Positions 10,647-18,942 of a DNA stretch of 48,290 bases are shown piece after piece. Position numbers and translations under genes: made by a program. Each line of letters begins with the position of its first letter. The first letter of the stretch is position 1. Location: NCBI GenBank assembly GCA_048938025.1, contig JBHLMP010000029.1:1-48290 (forward strand), written 5' to 3'. The notes under the pieces are model-generated. The model did no database searches. It saw nothing but the letters and a program-made list of their open reading frames with translations, and was not told the origin of the DNA. This stretch comes from Promethearchaeota archaeon. Lineage in GTDB: Archaea > Asgardarchaeota > Lokiarchaeia > Sigyniarchaeales > SOKP01.

Positions 10647-10826
10647 TCACCAAAAATCTATTCTTCCAATTTTGGTGAAATTACCCGAGAAATTCGAATC
10701 GAATTTTTCGGCATACTTTAATCTAATGATATGATAACACCACTTTTGAATAATATAATGGTTTGAAACAATATACAAGTGGACTTTAGATTAAAACTTG
10801 AAAAATCATATATTGATATTTTTCAA
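10647..10826. other. Four adjacent inverted repeats (possible structured RNA/DNA)
   Basis: TCACCAAAA/TTTTGGTGA; CCGAGAAATTCG/CGAATTTTTCGG; TTTAATCTAA/TTAGATTAAA with inner CCACTT/AAGTGG; TTGAAAAAT/ATTTTTCAA. Confidence 0.45.
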
Positions 10827-10845
10827 ATTTTCAAATATGTTATCT

Positions 10846-11019
10846 TTATAGAGTAGAACCCAAAAAATATGTTATATGACTTATATTTTCATGAACAGAA
10901 ATACCACTACCAGTCCATCTATATCCAAGAGTTTTGAAAAAGGTTTCTATTTTTTTATCCAATTCGGTATCTATACTATGTTCTACTTTATACTTTATTA
11001 TTAAATCCCCATTCTCCAT
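10846..11019 (-). CDS. Small hypothetical protein (57 aa, not in ORF track)
   Basis: MENGDLIIKYKVEHSIDTELDKKIETFFKTLGYRWTGSGISVHENISHITYFLGSTL*; preceded by the same motif as the neighbouring gene. Confidence 0.55.
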   Translation of the reverse strand: MENGDLIIKYKVEHSIDTELDKKIETFFKTLGYRWTGSGISVHENISHITYFLGSTL

Positions 11020-11050
11020 TTTTTTTTTCTTTTTGTTTAATTTTATTTTT

Positions 11051-11087
11051 ATTGGTGTTAAGGAAACCTAACACACTAACAACAAAA
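11051..11087. repeat. Hairpin-containing repeat, copy 1
   Basis: ATTGGTGTTAAGGAAACCTAACACACTAACAACAAAA; 29/37 identical to 12208-12244. Confidence 0.7.
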
Positions 11088-11110
11088 TAGAAATTTATTT
11101 AATTATTCAA

Positions 11111-12157
11111 TTATTCAATATCTTTCCTTTTTCTCCTGTAAAATACATAAATTCCTATACTAACAGCTATACCAATTATCAAAACAATTCCAAATACCAA
11201 TTGCCAGACTATAAATGCAGAAGCAGATGCTCCTATTAGATTACCATCTTTATCATAGAATCTATTTCCGTATATAGTAATATTATGACAATTTTCTAAT
11301 GTAATTGAAAATCCATCAGAAGATGTTTTTGGTTCTTCGTAATTATGTCCACCAAGCTCACAACCATATAAATCATTATTTGTTATTGTAGAATCATTAA
11401 CAGTGTAAAAATAGATTCCAGTTTCTACAACATAACCATATGTCGTTTCTATTCTATTATTATCAATGTAAATATTCTCAGCATCATAGACAAGTATTCC
11501 ACTGGCATAATTATATATATCATTATTAGAAATATTAACATTTTTTACATTAGAAACACCATAATTAATACCAAAATCTACTCCATGAATTGCAATAGCA
11601 GCTCCTTTTCCAGTACCCTCAGCATAATGAGAACCTATAAACTTACAATTATCTATTTTTATTGTATGTGTTATGTCTTCTAAACTACTTATCCCATTTC
11701 CTAAACTAATTCCTAAAGTACAATTTATAATCGTACAATTTTCTATTAATCCAAAAGTTCCATTTCCAATATATATTCCAGCAAATGTATGATGCCCAAC
11801 AGGAGCAATATAGTTGCTAACCGTAACATTTCGAATTATGAAATGTTCAACATTTTCAATCCAAATATGAGCTGTCATATTTTCATTTGTCACATGGATT
11901 CCTTCGATAATATATGGATCTTCTTCTGTTCCATTTCCACTACACCAGTCGTAATTCTCAACGTAATAACTCCAATTAGGATAATTACCATAAGGATAAT
12001 GATCACCAATGTTAATTGAGAAATTAACTGGAATTAAATCACCTGATGTAGATCCTTGAGATTTTTCTAGTATGTTGATTGTAGTTAAATTTCTGGTATT
12101 TGATATAGAACTGAAAATCATCATAACAAATACCATTACAACTAAACTTCCAATCAA
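11111..12157 (-). CDS. Membrane-anchored parallel beta-helix surface protein (start possibly ATA at 12172)
   Basis: Signal peptide, WCSGNGTEEDPYIIE, Asn/Ile-rich repeats, C-terminal TM followed by RRKRK. Confidence 0.8.
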   Translation of the reverse strand: MIGSLVVMVFVMMIFSSISNTRNLTTINILEKSQGSTSGDLIPVNFSINIGDHYPYGNYPNWSYYVENYDWCSGNGTEEDPYIIEGIHVTNENMTAHIWIENVEHFIIRNVTVSNYIAPVGHHTFAGIYIGNGTFGLIENCTIINCTLGISLGNGISSLEDITHTIKIDNCKFIGSHYAEGTGKGAAIAIHGVDFGINYGVSNVKNVNISNNDIYNYASGILVYDAENIYIDNNRIETTYGYVVETGIYFYTVNDSTITNNDLYGCELGGHNYEEPKTSSDGFSITLENCHNITIYGNRFYDKDGNLIGASASAFIVWQLVFGIVLIIGIAVSIGIYVFYRRKRKDIE

Positions 12158-12207
12158 TTTTTTATTTTTTATAATTTTTGCCTCTTTTTTATTTAAATTT
12201 TATTTCT

Positions 12208-12244
12208 ATTGGTGCTCAGTAAATCTGGCACACTTACAATAAAA
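12208..12244. repeat. Hairpin-containing repeat, copy 2
   Basis: ATTGGTGCTCAGTAAATCTGGCACACTTACAATAAAA; stem GTGC-T-CAG/CTG-GCAC. Confidence 0.7.
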
Positions 12245-12414
12245 AAATATTTAATTATATAGTTTTCGACTTTTTTGTGTTATATTTTTCCCTCTCTTCT
12301 TTAGAAAATTTTAACTAATCATTTAAGTAAATTTTTATATCTATTTGTTAATGATTTCTACATTTCTAACTTTAATATGTCAAAAACTATAAGTAGAATT
12401 TTTGAAATGTATGT

Positions 12415-12963
12415 TTACAGACATCTCTTATAATTAATATACATATATCTAATCAATACCCCTTCATACATAACCATTAATAAGGTTCTCACCTTTAAAC
12501 AACAATGTTTCAAAATTAATTCTAAGTCATCTCTTGTTATTAAATCAGTTTTACTCAGTACCTTCTTTTCTTCTTTGAATCTTTTTTTACCAATTGCTTT
12601 TACTAAATCTTTTCTATCAGAGTATTTCAAATATTTTTTAATTGCAATCAAACGATGATTCTTTGATTTGTTTGATAAATTATTAAACCACTCACATTTT
12701 AAGAAATCATTGATATACTCTGTTGTTAATTGATTTACATCTACATTTTTTATAGGTTGAAGTTTTTCTTCTTTTACTCTTCGTCTTCTATTTCTTTGTT
12801 CATCAGTTTCAAACAATTTACAAATTGTTATTAAATAAGCTAACTTGGTTCTATTGGATAATTTGCGTAATTCCTTATTGTAATATTCATCTATGTTACT
12901 CTCCCCATTCCTAAGTTTGAAAAGATACTTTTCTATTTCAGAAATTAAATTTTGATTAGTCAT
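12415..12963 (-). pseudogene. Truncated tyrosine recombinase/integrase (core-binding domain only)
   Basis: LS.RTKLAYL..., LSNKSKNHRLIAIKKYLKY, DLITRDDLELILKHC..KVRTLLMVMYEG, then breaks at the first catalytic Arg box; no HxxR or Tyr. Confidence 0.7.
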
Positions 12964-13015
12964 TTTTCTAAATATTATAAATTAATGAACCTATTTAAAT
13001 ATATTTGATAACCCT

Positions 13016-13035
13016 CATATAATATTTAATTATAT
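13016..13035. repeat. att-like direct repeat, right copy
   Basis: Identical to 10525-10544; about 50 bp upstream of the integrase ATG. Confidence 0.7.
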
Positions 13036-13112
13036 GATGATTAAAAAGTTTAACATATATGTACCCCTTTGATAATTATTACAATTCATTTTAATTGAGA
13101 TGATTATTAAAA

Positions 13113-14078
13113 ATGAGTAAGTGGAATTTACCACCGAAAGGTGGACATATGGATTTGCCTGATGGGATATATCTCCAGACAATGTCAATCTTAGAAATTA
13201 ATGAACGCTTAAAAAAAAATGATGTTATAATTATTCCAGTTGGTTCCACTGAAAATCATGGCCCCGCTGCTTGTATTGGAGAAGATACATTTTTAGTAAC
13301 AAGGATGGCTGAATTGATAGCTCAAAAAACAGGTTGTACTGTTGCTGAACCAGTTTGGTATGGAAGCCATCCTTATCATCATTTAGGAATGCCAGGTTCA
13401 ATTATTGTACCAGAAGAAATTTTTAAGGGTTTGCTGCGAGCTGTGATGGCAGGTTGTTGGAATATGGGTTTTAGGAAAATGATTTTGTTAAATGGACATG
13501 GGCAAGAGTATGTTATACCTTCTGCTATCCATGAGTTTGCAAAGAATTATCAATTGCCAATGTTAATTTGTAATGTGAATTGGTATCATGCTATACCAAA
13601 ATATTGTATGGATGAAGAACATGGAGGACCATTTGAAACTCCTTTTATACATGCAGATGAAGCAGAGACGTCATTTTCATTGGTATTATTTCCTGAAATG
13701 ATTAAAGTAGATAAGGCATGTGATAATGAACCAATCGGTTGGATGCCAGATGGTCATGTAGACAAAGCTGGAAATATTTATCAAAGACCAATAAAATGGT
13801 ATGGACAGGTAGGATTTGGCCCAATAGAAGTAAGTGCATATCCAGAAGGGAATGTAGGATGCCCAAGCAAAGCCAAACTAGAAAAAGGGCTTCCAGGGAT
13901 CGAATCACTCTTGGATTATCTAGAAAAATTAGTCAATGACATTTTGAAAATATTTCCTCCAGGGAAATTACCACCAGTAGAAGGTATTACGCAGAGAGAT
14001 CCTAAAGAAGTTGCAAAATATATCAAGGGTCCTTTAAATGGGGGAAAAAGTATATATGAATTAAGATATCCACCTTAA
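13113..14078 (+). CDS. iolN: 3-dehydro-scyllo-inosose hydrolase (IolN, creatininase family)
   Basis: IPVGSTENHGP, GEDTFLVTRMAE, LNGHGQE, ETPFIHADEAETS, DKAGN..RPI.WYG. Confidence 0.88.
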   Translation: MSKWNLPPKGGHMDLPDGIYLQTMSILEINERLKKNDVIIIPVGSTENHGPAACIGEDTFLVTRMAELIAQKTGCTVAEPVWYGSHPYHHLGMPGSIIVPEEIFKGLLRAVMAGCWNMGFRKMILLNGHGQEYVIPSAIHEFAKNYQLPMLICNVNWYHAIPKYCMDEEHGGPFETPFIHADEAETSFSLVLFPEMIKVDKACDNEPIGWMPDGHVDKAGNIYQRPIKWYGQVGFGPIEVSAYPEGNVGCPSKAKLEKGLPGIESLLDYLEKLVNDILKIFPPGKLPPVEGITQRDPKEVAKYIKGPLNGGKSIYELRYPP

Positions 14079-14111
14079 TAAAAAAAGTAATAAATAGTAT
14101 GAATTTGAGAA

Positions 14112-14618
14112 TTATTTCATGCCAAACCACTGACCGCCATTTAGATCTTCAAAAAAATAATCTCTGTCATCTTTTTTTGCGATTTTTTCTCCTGCTTCTT
14201 GTGCTAATTTAAAATATTTCTTAAAATCATTTTTATTTTTTGATAATGCTGAAGCTCGAGCCATAGCTTCATAAGCAAATCCTAAATCAAAATCTCTTAT
14301 ATTATGTTCTTCTGTTAATCCCAAACAAACTCTTGCATGATAAAGTGCAGGTTCTGCTCTTTGTAAAATTGTATAAACACGTGCAATCTGCCATTCACCT
14401 CTCTGAAGATTAAGAGGAGTTCCCTTTCCTTTAGAAACTAATATACCCCAATGGTATCTTGAAGCATGAGCTGTGTGAATCATATTTATTTCTTCTTCTG
14501 GACTCCGTTCTTTTTTATCAATTAAATCCCATGTTTGATTAAAACAACCTTTAGCCATTTTTTTATGGTATTTAAGATCTAAGTCCTCATTTTCCTTAGG
14601 CATAATTAGAATCACCAT
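14112..14618 (-). CDS. Conserved hypothetical helical protein
   Basis: FNQTWDLIDK..MIHTAHASRYHW..RGEWQIARVY..AYEAMARA, a widespread uncharacterised family. Confidence 0.7.
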   Translation of the reverse strand: MVILIMPKENEDLDLKYHKKMAKGCFNQTWDLIDKKERSPEEEINMIHTAHASRYHWGILVSKGKGTPLNLQRGEWQIARVYTILQRAEPALYHARVCLGLTEEHNIRDFDLGFAYEAMARASALSKNKNDFKKYFKLAQEAGEKIAKKDDRDYFFEDLNGGQWFGMK

Positions 14619-14788
14619 TTAGTTTTATTAATCCTCAATATTTTAATTTTACAGTTTTAATTTAAAAAAAAATATTTAAAACAATAATCTAAACACCTTT
14701 AAAGAACCTATGTAGATCTTCTACTCTTAAAATAGATTTTAAGACAATAAAAATAGCTTTTTAAAATTAGGAAAAATAAAAAAAAGAT

Positions 14789-15271
14789 TTATATTTTAGC
14801 ACCACAATAAGCGCAAAATTGTGCTGATTCTTTACTTATAGGGGTTCCACAATTATAACAATATTTACCCCTTTCTTCTGAGCTAACAGGCTCTTTTTGA
14901 ATTGATACATGTTTTATTTGCCCTGTTTTTGTTGAAAATTTACCAATTAATTGCCCTGATGCTTTCAGATCTAGTATAATTGCTCGAACATCCTTTCTAG
15001 AAATTCCAGTTCTCATGCTAACATCTTCTATTGAAGCATCTGGATTTGTTTGGAATTCTTGCAAGACTACATTCCGCAATTTACTCCTATTAGCTATCGC
15101 AACAATTTGGCTGGATAAAATAGCAGCACCAATACCAATCGCAAAAAACCCCCACCATGACCACTTATCCCATGGGATAAAGCTAGTAATACCCCACCAT
15201 AAAAAAGCACCAGCGATTATGAATGTGCATATTGAGACACTATCATTATATTGATTTTTTTCATATTTCAT
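14789..15271 (-). CDS. Membrane protein with winged helix and C-terminal zinc ribbon
   Basis: Two TM segments, SIEDVSMRTGISRKDVRAII, CYNCG...FCAYCG. Confidence 0.7.
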   Translation of the reverse strand: MKYEKNQYNDSVSICTFIIAGAFLWWGITSFIPWDKWSWWGFFAIGIGAAILSSQIVAIANRSKLRNVVLQEFQTNPDASIEDVSMRTGISRKDVRAIILDLKASGQLIGKFSTKTGQIKHVSIQKEPVSSEERGKYCYNCGTPISKESAQFCAYCGAKI

Positions 15272-15342
15272 TTTATTATACCTAAGTATTTTATATGATA
15301 TTAGTTATTAGAATATAAATATTTTGAAAAGTCCAATTTTTA

Positions 15343-15696
15343 TCAGTTTGTTTTTATACATGCATTAATTACGTTAAAGACATTGCTAAAATCAATCTGA
15401 TCTTCCATTAATATAATAACAATTTTTTCTAAGATTTTAATTGATAAGATATAAAAATTATCTGAATGAATTACGTTAAAATCCGGACTGTGAATTCCAA
15501 TTTCTGATGTTACTTCTTCAGCTAACTCGTACAATTGAGACATATTTAATCCTATTGAAGATTTATTAAATTCATCACTAATGTAAGATTTTATTATTGC
15601 GCCATTTTCAGAGGTAATTAATAAAAAGTAGACTCCTGAACCTAATTCCTTTAGGATATTATCCAAAACTAGGTCAACGTCTAAACAAACAGTCAT
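15343..15696 (-). CDS. Roadblock-like domain protein
   Basis: 117 aa; helix, LLITSENGAII, helix, three strands. Confidence 0.55.
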   Translation of the reverse strand: MTVCLDVDLVLDNILKELGSGVYFLLITSENGAIIKSYISDEFNKSSIGLNMSQLYELAEEVTSEIGIHSPDFNVIHSDNFYILSIKILEKIVIILMEDQIDFSNVFNVINACIKTN

Positions 15697-15846
15697 TGTT
15701 ATATATATTAATTTTTTTATTTATAATTCTAATTGAATATCAATTATTCAAGTTAAATTAACAGATTAAAACTAACTTTCCTATGAGATTAATTTAGGAT
15801 AAACTGTTTTAGTAGTTTTAATTTTTTATGGATAGAAAAGAGATTT

Positions 15847-16665
15847 TTAGATTATAAAATATTGCTCAATTATATTTTCAAATTCATGAAATGGCGTAAG
15901 ATCTCCATTAAAATCTTTTACATGAATCTCATAATACTTATCTACAAATTCTTCAGATATTAATTCAATATATTTTTGCATCTTCTCTGTTTTTTTTTTT
16001 TTTTCGACTAAATAAGCAAAAATAACATCATTTTTAAAATTCATATAAAAATTTGCTTTCCCGACGTTGATTGCTTCAAGCTTAAATCCAGATTCCTTAC
16101 CACCAATATAGTCTTGCGAAAAACATAAAATCGCAGATATGAAACCAGCGATTTGAACTTTGTTTTGTGAGATACAATTCTCTTTTTTGCTAACTTTTGA
16201 ATAATATAAGAATCCTGCTTCATCAACAATAAACATCGCCAACATTCCTTCAACTTTAGGAATCTTAATTATTGTATGGCAAATCTTTTCTATTTCTAAA
16301 CTTGAAATATTTGAGCATATTCTCTGAAATAAGCTTTTTGAAAAATGATAAAGTTTTGTATAATCCATCCGATTTTCTTTATTATCTATATAAATTATTA
16401 CTAATATATCTCCCTGTTTCTTATCAAAAAAGTGGATATAGATTGTAAAGTTATCAATTAAATCCTTAATATAACCTTGTTTTTTTTCGATAATTCTCTC
16501 TTTATATAAATCAATGAACTTTTGAATACATTCAATTGTCATGCCTTTATGGAAAAGAACTTCATGTTTTCCTTCTGGATTTATCTCAGAGAGACTGAAA
16601 CTTTCCATCTGAAAGATCAGAGAAGATTTATCCAAATTTTGAAAATTATCTTCCAAACTTATCAA
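15847..16665 (-). CDS. Longin-like domain protein (Asgard type)
   Basis: C-terminal MFIVDEAGFLYYSK..IAGFISAILCFSQ..EEFVDKY..FNGDLTPFHEF. Confidence 0.6.
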   Translation of the reverse strand: MISLEDNFQNLDKSSLIFQMESFSLSEINPEGKHEVLFHKGMTIECIQKFIDLYKERIIEKKQGYIKDLIDNFTIYIHFFDKKQGDILVIIYIDNKENRMDYTKLYHFSKSLFQRICSNISSLEIEKICHTIIKIPKVEGMLAMFIVDEAGFLYYSKVSKKENCISQNKVQIAGFISAILCFSQDYIGGKESGFKLEAINVGKANFYMNFKNDVIFAYLVEKKKKTEKMQKYIELISEEFVDKYYEIHVKDFNGDLTPFHEFENIIEQYFII

Positions 16666-16696
16666 TTTTTAAACCCCTTTTTTGACTAAATTATTT

Positions 16697-16721
16697 TGTA
16701 CAAAAATTTCTTTTTTGTACA
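16697..16721. promoter_or_regulatory. Palindromic putative operator
   Basis: TGTACAAAAA-N5-TTTTTGTACA about 30 bp upstream of the longin-like gene. Confidence 0.4.
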
Positions 16722-16981
16722 TAAAATGTAATAATGTTATTATATTTAAAACTTATTTATTAAAGGGTATGTTCGTCTCAGAGTATCAGATTTTTATATA
16801 TTTTCCACTAATATATACTAACTATTTTATACAAATAAAAAAACAAATATAAAATTTTGTATCAAAAAATGATCTTTTTTATCAAAAGATCTGCATGAAA
16901 AAAATTTTGAGGAGTAGAATTAACAAGCAAAATACAACTAGAGTTAAGAAAGTCTCTTACCGATTAATTTGTTTAATTTAT

Positions 16982-17074
16982 CGGGCCTGGCAGGATTCGA
17001 ACCTGCGACATCCCAGTCCGAAGCCGGGCACCCTTTCTGGACGAATATTGTTATCCAGACTAGATTACAGGCCC
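16982..17074 (-). tRNA. tRNA-Arg(TCG) with 18-nt D-loop intron (17035-17052)
   Basis: Acceptor GGGCCTG/CAGGCCC, anticodon arm CCCGG-CTTCGGA-CTGGG, T arm GCAGG-TTCGAAT-CCTGC; BHB with CTGG/CCAG helix. Confidence 0.9.
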
Positions 17075-17241
17075 AGATTTTATATATTTGTTATGTATAA
17101 ACTATGGACTTTTCATTAAAAAAATCAATAGGTTACAATATCCTCATTTATTATTTCTAAAAAATCTTATTGTAAATAAAAAAATGAATTAACAAAAAAA
17201 ACTTAAACCTGATTGAAGAAAATTAGGAAATCTCTACTGAA

Positions 17242-17673
17242 TTACTCTTTTTTAAAATTGTTTTTAATATATTTCAAGAGCAATCTGAAGACTTTTATAT
17301 ATCGCAAACCTTGAGTAAGATCTCCGTCTACCTTGATTATTCCTTTCATATAAGCTTCATATCCATACATTTTATATTTGAGGATTTTAATGATAATATC
17401 TTTAGTATAGATCACTCTAAAAGTAGCATTTGGATTTATACCTCTTTTATACATAATCGATCCTCTTGAAACTTTCAACCAAAAGTTAAAATTAATATCA
17501 GATACTTGAATTTGATAAATGTAATCATAATCCATTATCTCTTCTCTCAACTCTTCTGTATTCTGTACGAAATTTACTCCTATTTTTACAATTTTATCTA
17601 AAATGGCGATAAATTCTTCTTCCTTATTTTCCAATTCATGAATTACAGAATTGAACTTCTTTGAGTCGAGCAT
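17242..17673 (-). CDS. SCP2 sterol/lipid-binding domain protein
   Basis: FWLKVSRG...AYMKGIIKVDGDL. Confidence 0.8.
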   Translation of the reverse strand: MLDSKKFNSVIHELENKEEEFIAILDKIVKIGVNFVQNTEELREEIMDYDYIYQIQVSDINFNFWLKVSRGSIMYKRGINPNATFRVIYTKDIIIKILKYKMYGYEAYMKGIIKVDGDLTQGLRYIKVFRLLLKYIKNNFKKE

Positions 17674-17847
17674 GAAATCTTATCTATTAAAGATTAAATT
17701 ATACTATATCCTTATACCAAAGATATTCTTATTATCTACATCGCCTTCTATCAATTTAAATTTTTCTATATAGACTAAATGACGAGCTAATATAAAAAAA
17801 ATTTTTATATTTTCCTGTATTTCTTTAACAAAATATCTATACTTTTT

Positions 17848-17957
17848 GCGGCTATAGTGTAGCCCGGTCTAGCATTCGGGACTGTCACTCCTGTTCATTA
17901 ATAGATGGATGTTAATTGAGGAGAACGACGCGGGTTCAAATCCCGCTAGCCGCGCCA
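17848..17957 (+). tRNA. tRNA-Asp(GTC) with 32-nt intron at 43/44 (17894-17925), encoded CCA
   Basis: Acceptor GCGGCTA/TAGCCGC, anticodon arm CGGGA-CTGTCAC-TCCTG, T arm GCGGG-TTCAAAT-CCCGC; BHB-like CTCC/GGAG helix. Confidence 0.9.
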
Positions 17958-18148
17958 TTATCATAATGATTTATTCAACTTTGACTCACTTTAATTTGAT
18001 TTGATGAGTAACCCTCAATAAAAACTTTTACTTTACTATATTCATCCTAAAAAAGAGAAATAAAACCTTTTTAAATTTTCCATTGTTATTATAATCACTA
18101 TTTAATGTATATAATTTTCAAAATGGGTATAAAAATAATAAAAATAGG

Positions 18149-18592
18149 TTGAAAACTAAAATGGTTGATGAATCTTTATTAAGTGATATAAAAGCAATTA
18201 TGGATAAAGGAGCTAGCGGTGCAGCACCTGCTGACACTCTGAAATATTACGAATTTATCAAGCAGGTCTCGAAAGAAAACGAGGATCTTAAAGAAGAACT
18301 CGAAGATATGGATATTGCAATTCAAATGATCATTACCGATAAAGAGGCTAAATATTGGCTTACAGTAAAGGAGGGAACTCTCGATTATGGCGAGGGAGAA
18401 GTTGATAATCCTTCATTTACTATGTCCTCAACTCTTGAAACTGGTGCTGGTATCCTAATGGGTGAAGTTGATGCGACTAGTGCTTATATGGCTGGTGATA
18501 TCACCGTAGAAGGTAATCTTCAAGATGCTATGGCTTTTCAAGAGATTGTAGAACTTGCTGGAGAAGCTCTCGAAGATCTTCTTGAAGATTAA
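18149..18592 (+). CDS. Acidic SCP2 domain protein (start likely ATG 18161)
   Basis: GEVDATSAYMAGDITVEGNLQDAM. Confidence 0.88.
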   Translation: MKTKMVDESLLSDIKAIMDKGASGAAPADTLKYYEFIKQVSKENEDLKEELEDMDIAIQMIITDKEAKYWLTVKEGTLDYGEGEVDNPSFTMSSTLETGAGILMGEVDATSAYMAGDITVEGNLQDAMAFQEIVELAGEALEDLLED

Positions 18593-18942
18593 TAAAATAT
18601 GTTTGAGAAGATATTTCCGTTAAAAGACTAATCTTATTATTTTTTTTATCTTTTTTTTATAATCAATATTTTGTATATATTTTAAAATATTTATTTCTTC
18701 AATCTTATAATAGTAAAATAAAAAGAATTTTCGAGTACAAGTTTTTATATTTATTTTCCATGTATGTAATGGCATGTTTAATTTCAGAATTCTTATTAAT
18801 CTAAAATATAAGACTAATTTAATATCAAAATGTACAGAACGAAATAAAACCTTTTTATATATTAAAAGGTTATAATAAATTGTAATTTTTTTCAATTATA
18901 AGTAAATAATTCTAAAAAGTTGTTATAAAATTATTAAGAAGG

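Larger units (their letters stand above)
10525..13035. mobile_element. Decayed integrative element (~2.5 kb) between iolO and iolN
   Basis: Perfect 20-bp direct repeat CATATAATATTTAATTATAT at 10525-10544 and 13016-13035; truncated integrase next to the right copy. Confidence 0.7.

Noticed and set aside
11051-12244. CRISPR array or canonical integron
   Set aside because: Only two degenerate copies 1.15 kb apart, no cas genes, too short for attC, and the integrase lacks the region needed to call IntI.
16895-17119. 74-aa ORF on the plus strand
   Set aside because: Antisense shadow of tRNA-Arg (RAWQDSNLRHP is a typical tRNA mistranslation).
17690-17790. Short frame VYIEKFKLIEGDVDNK resembling an SCP2 C-terminus
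   Set aside because: Too short and weak to call a remnant.
18620-18895. 91-aa minus-strand ORF between the SCP2 paralogs
   Set aside because: I/K/Y-biased translation of AT-rich intergenic and promoter DNA.
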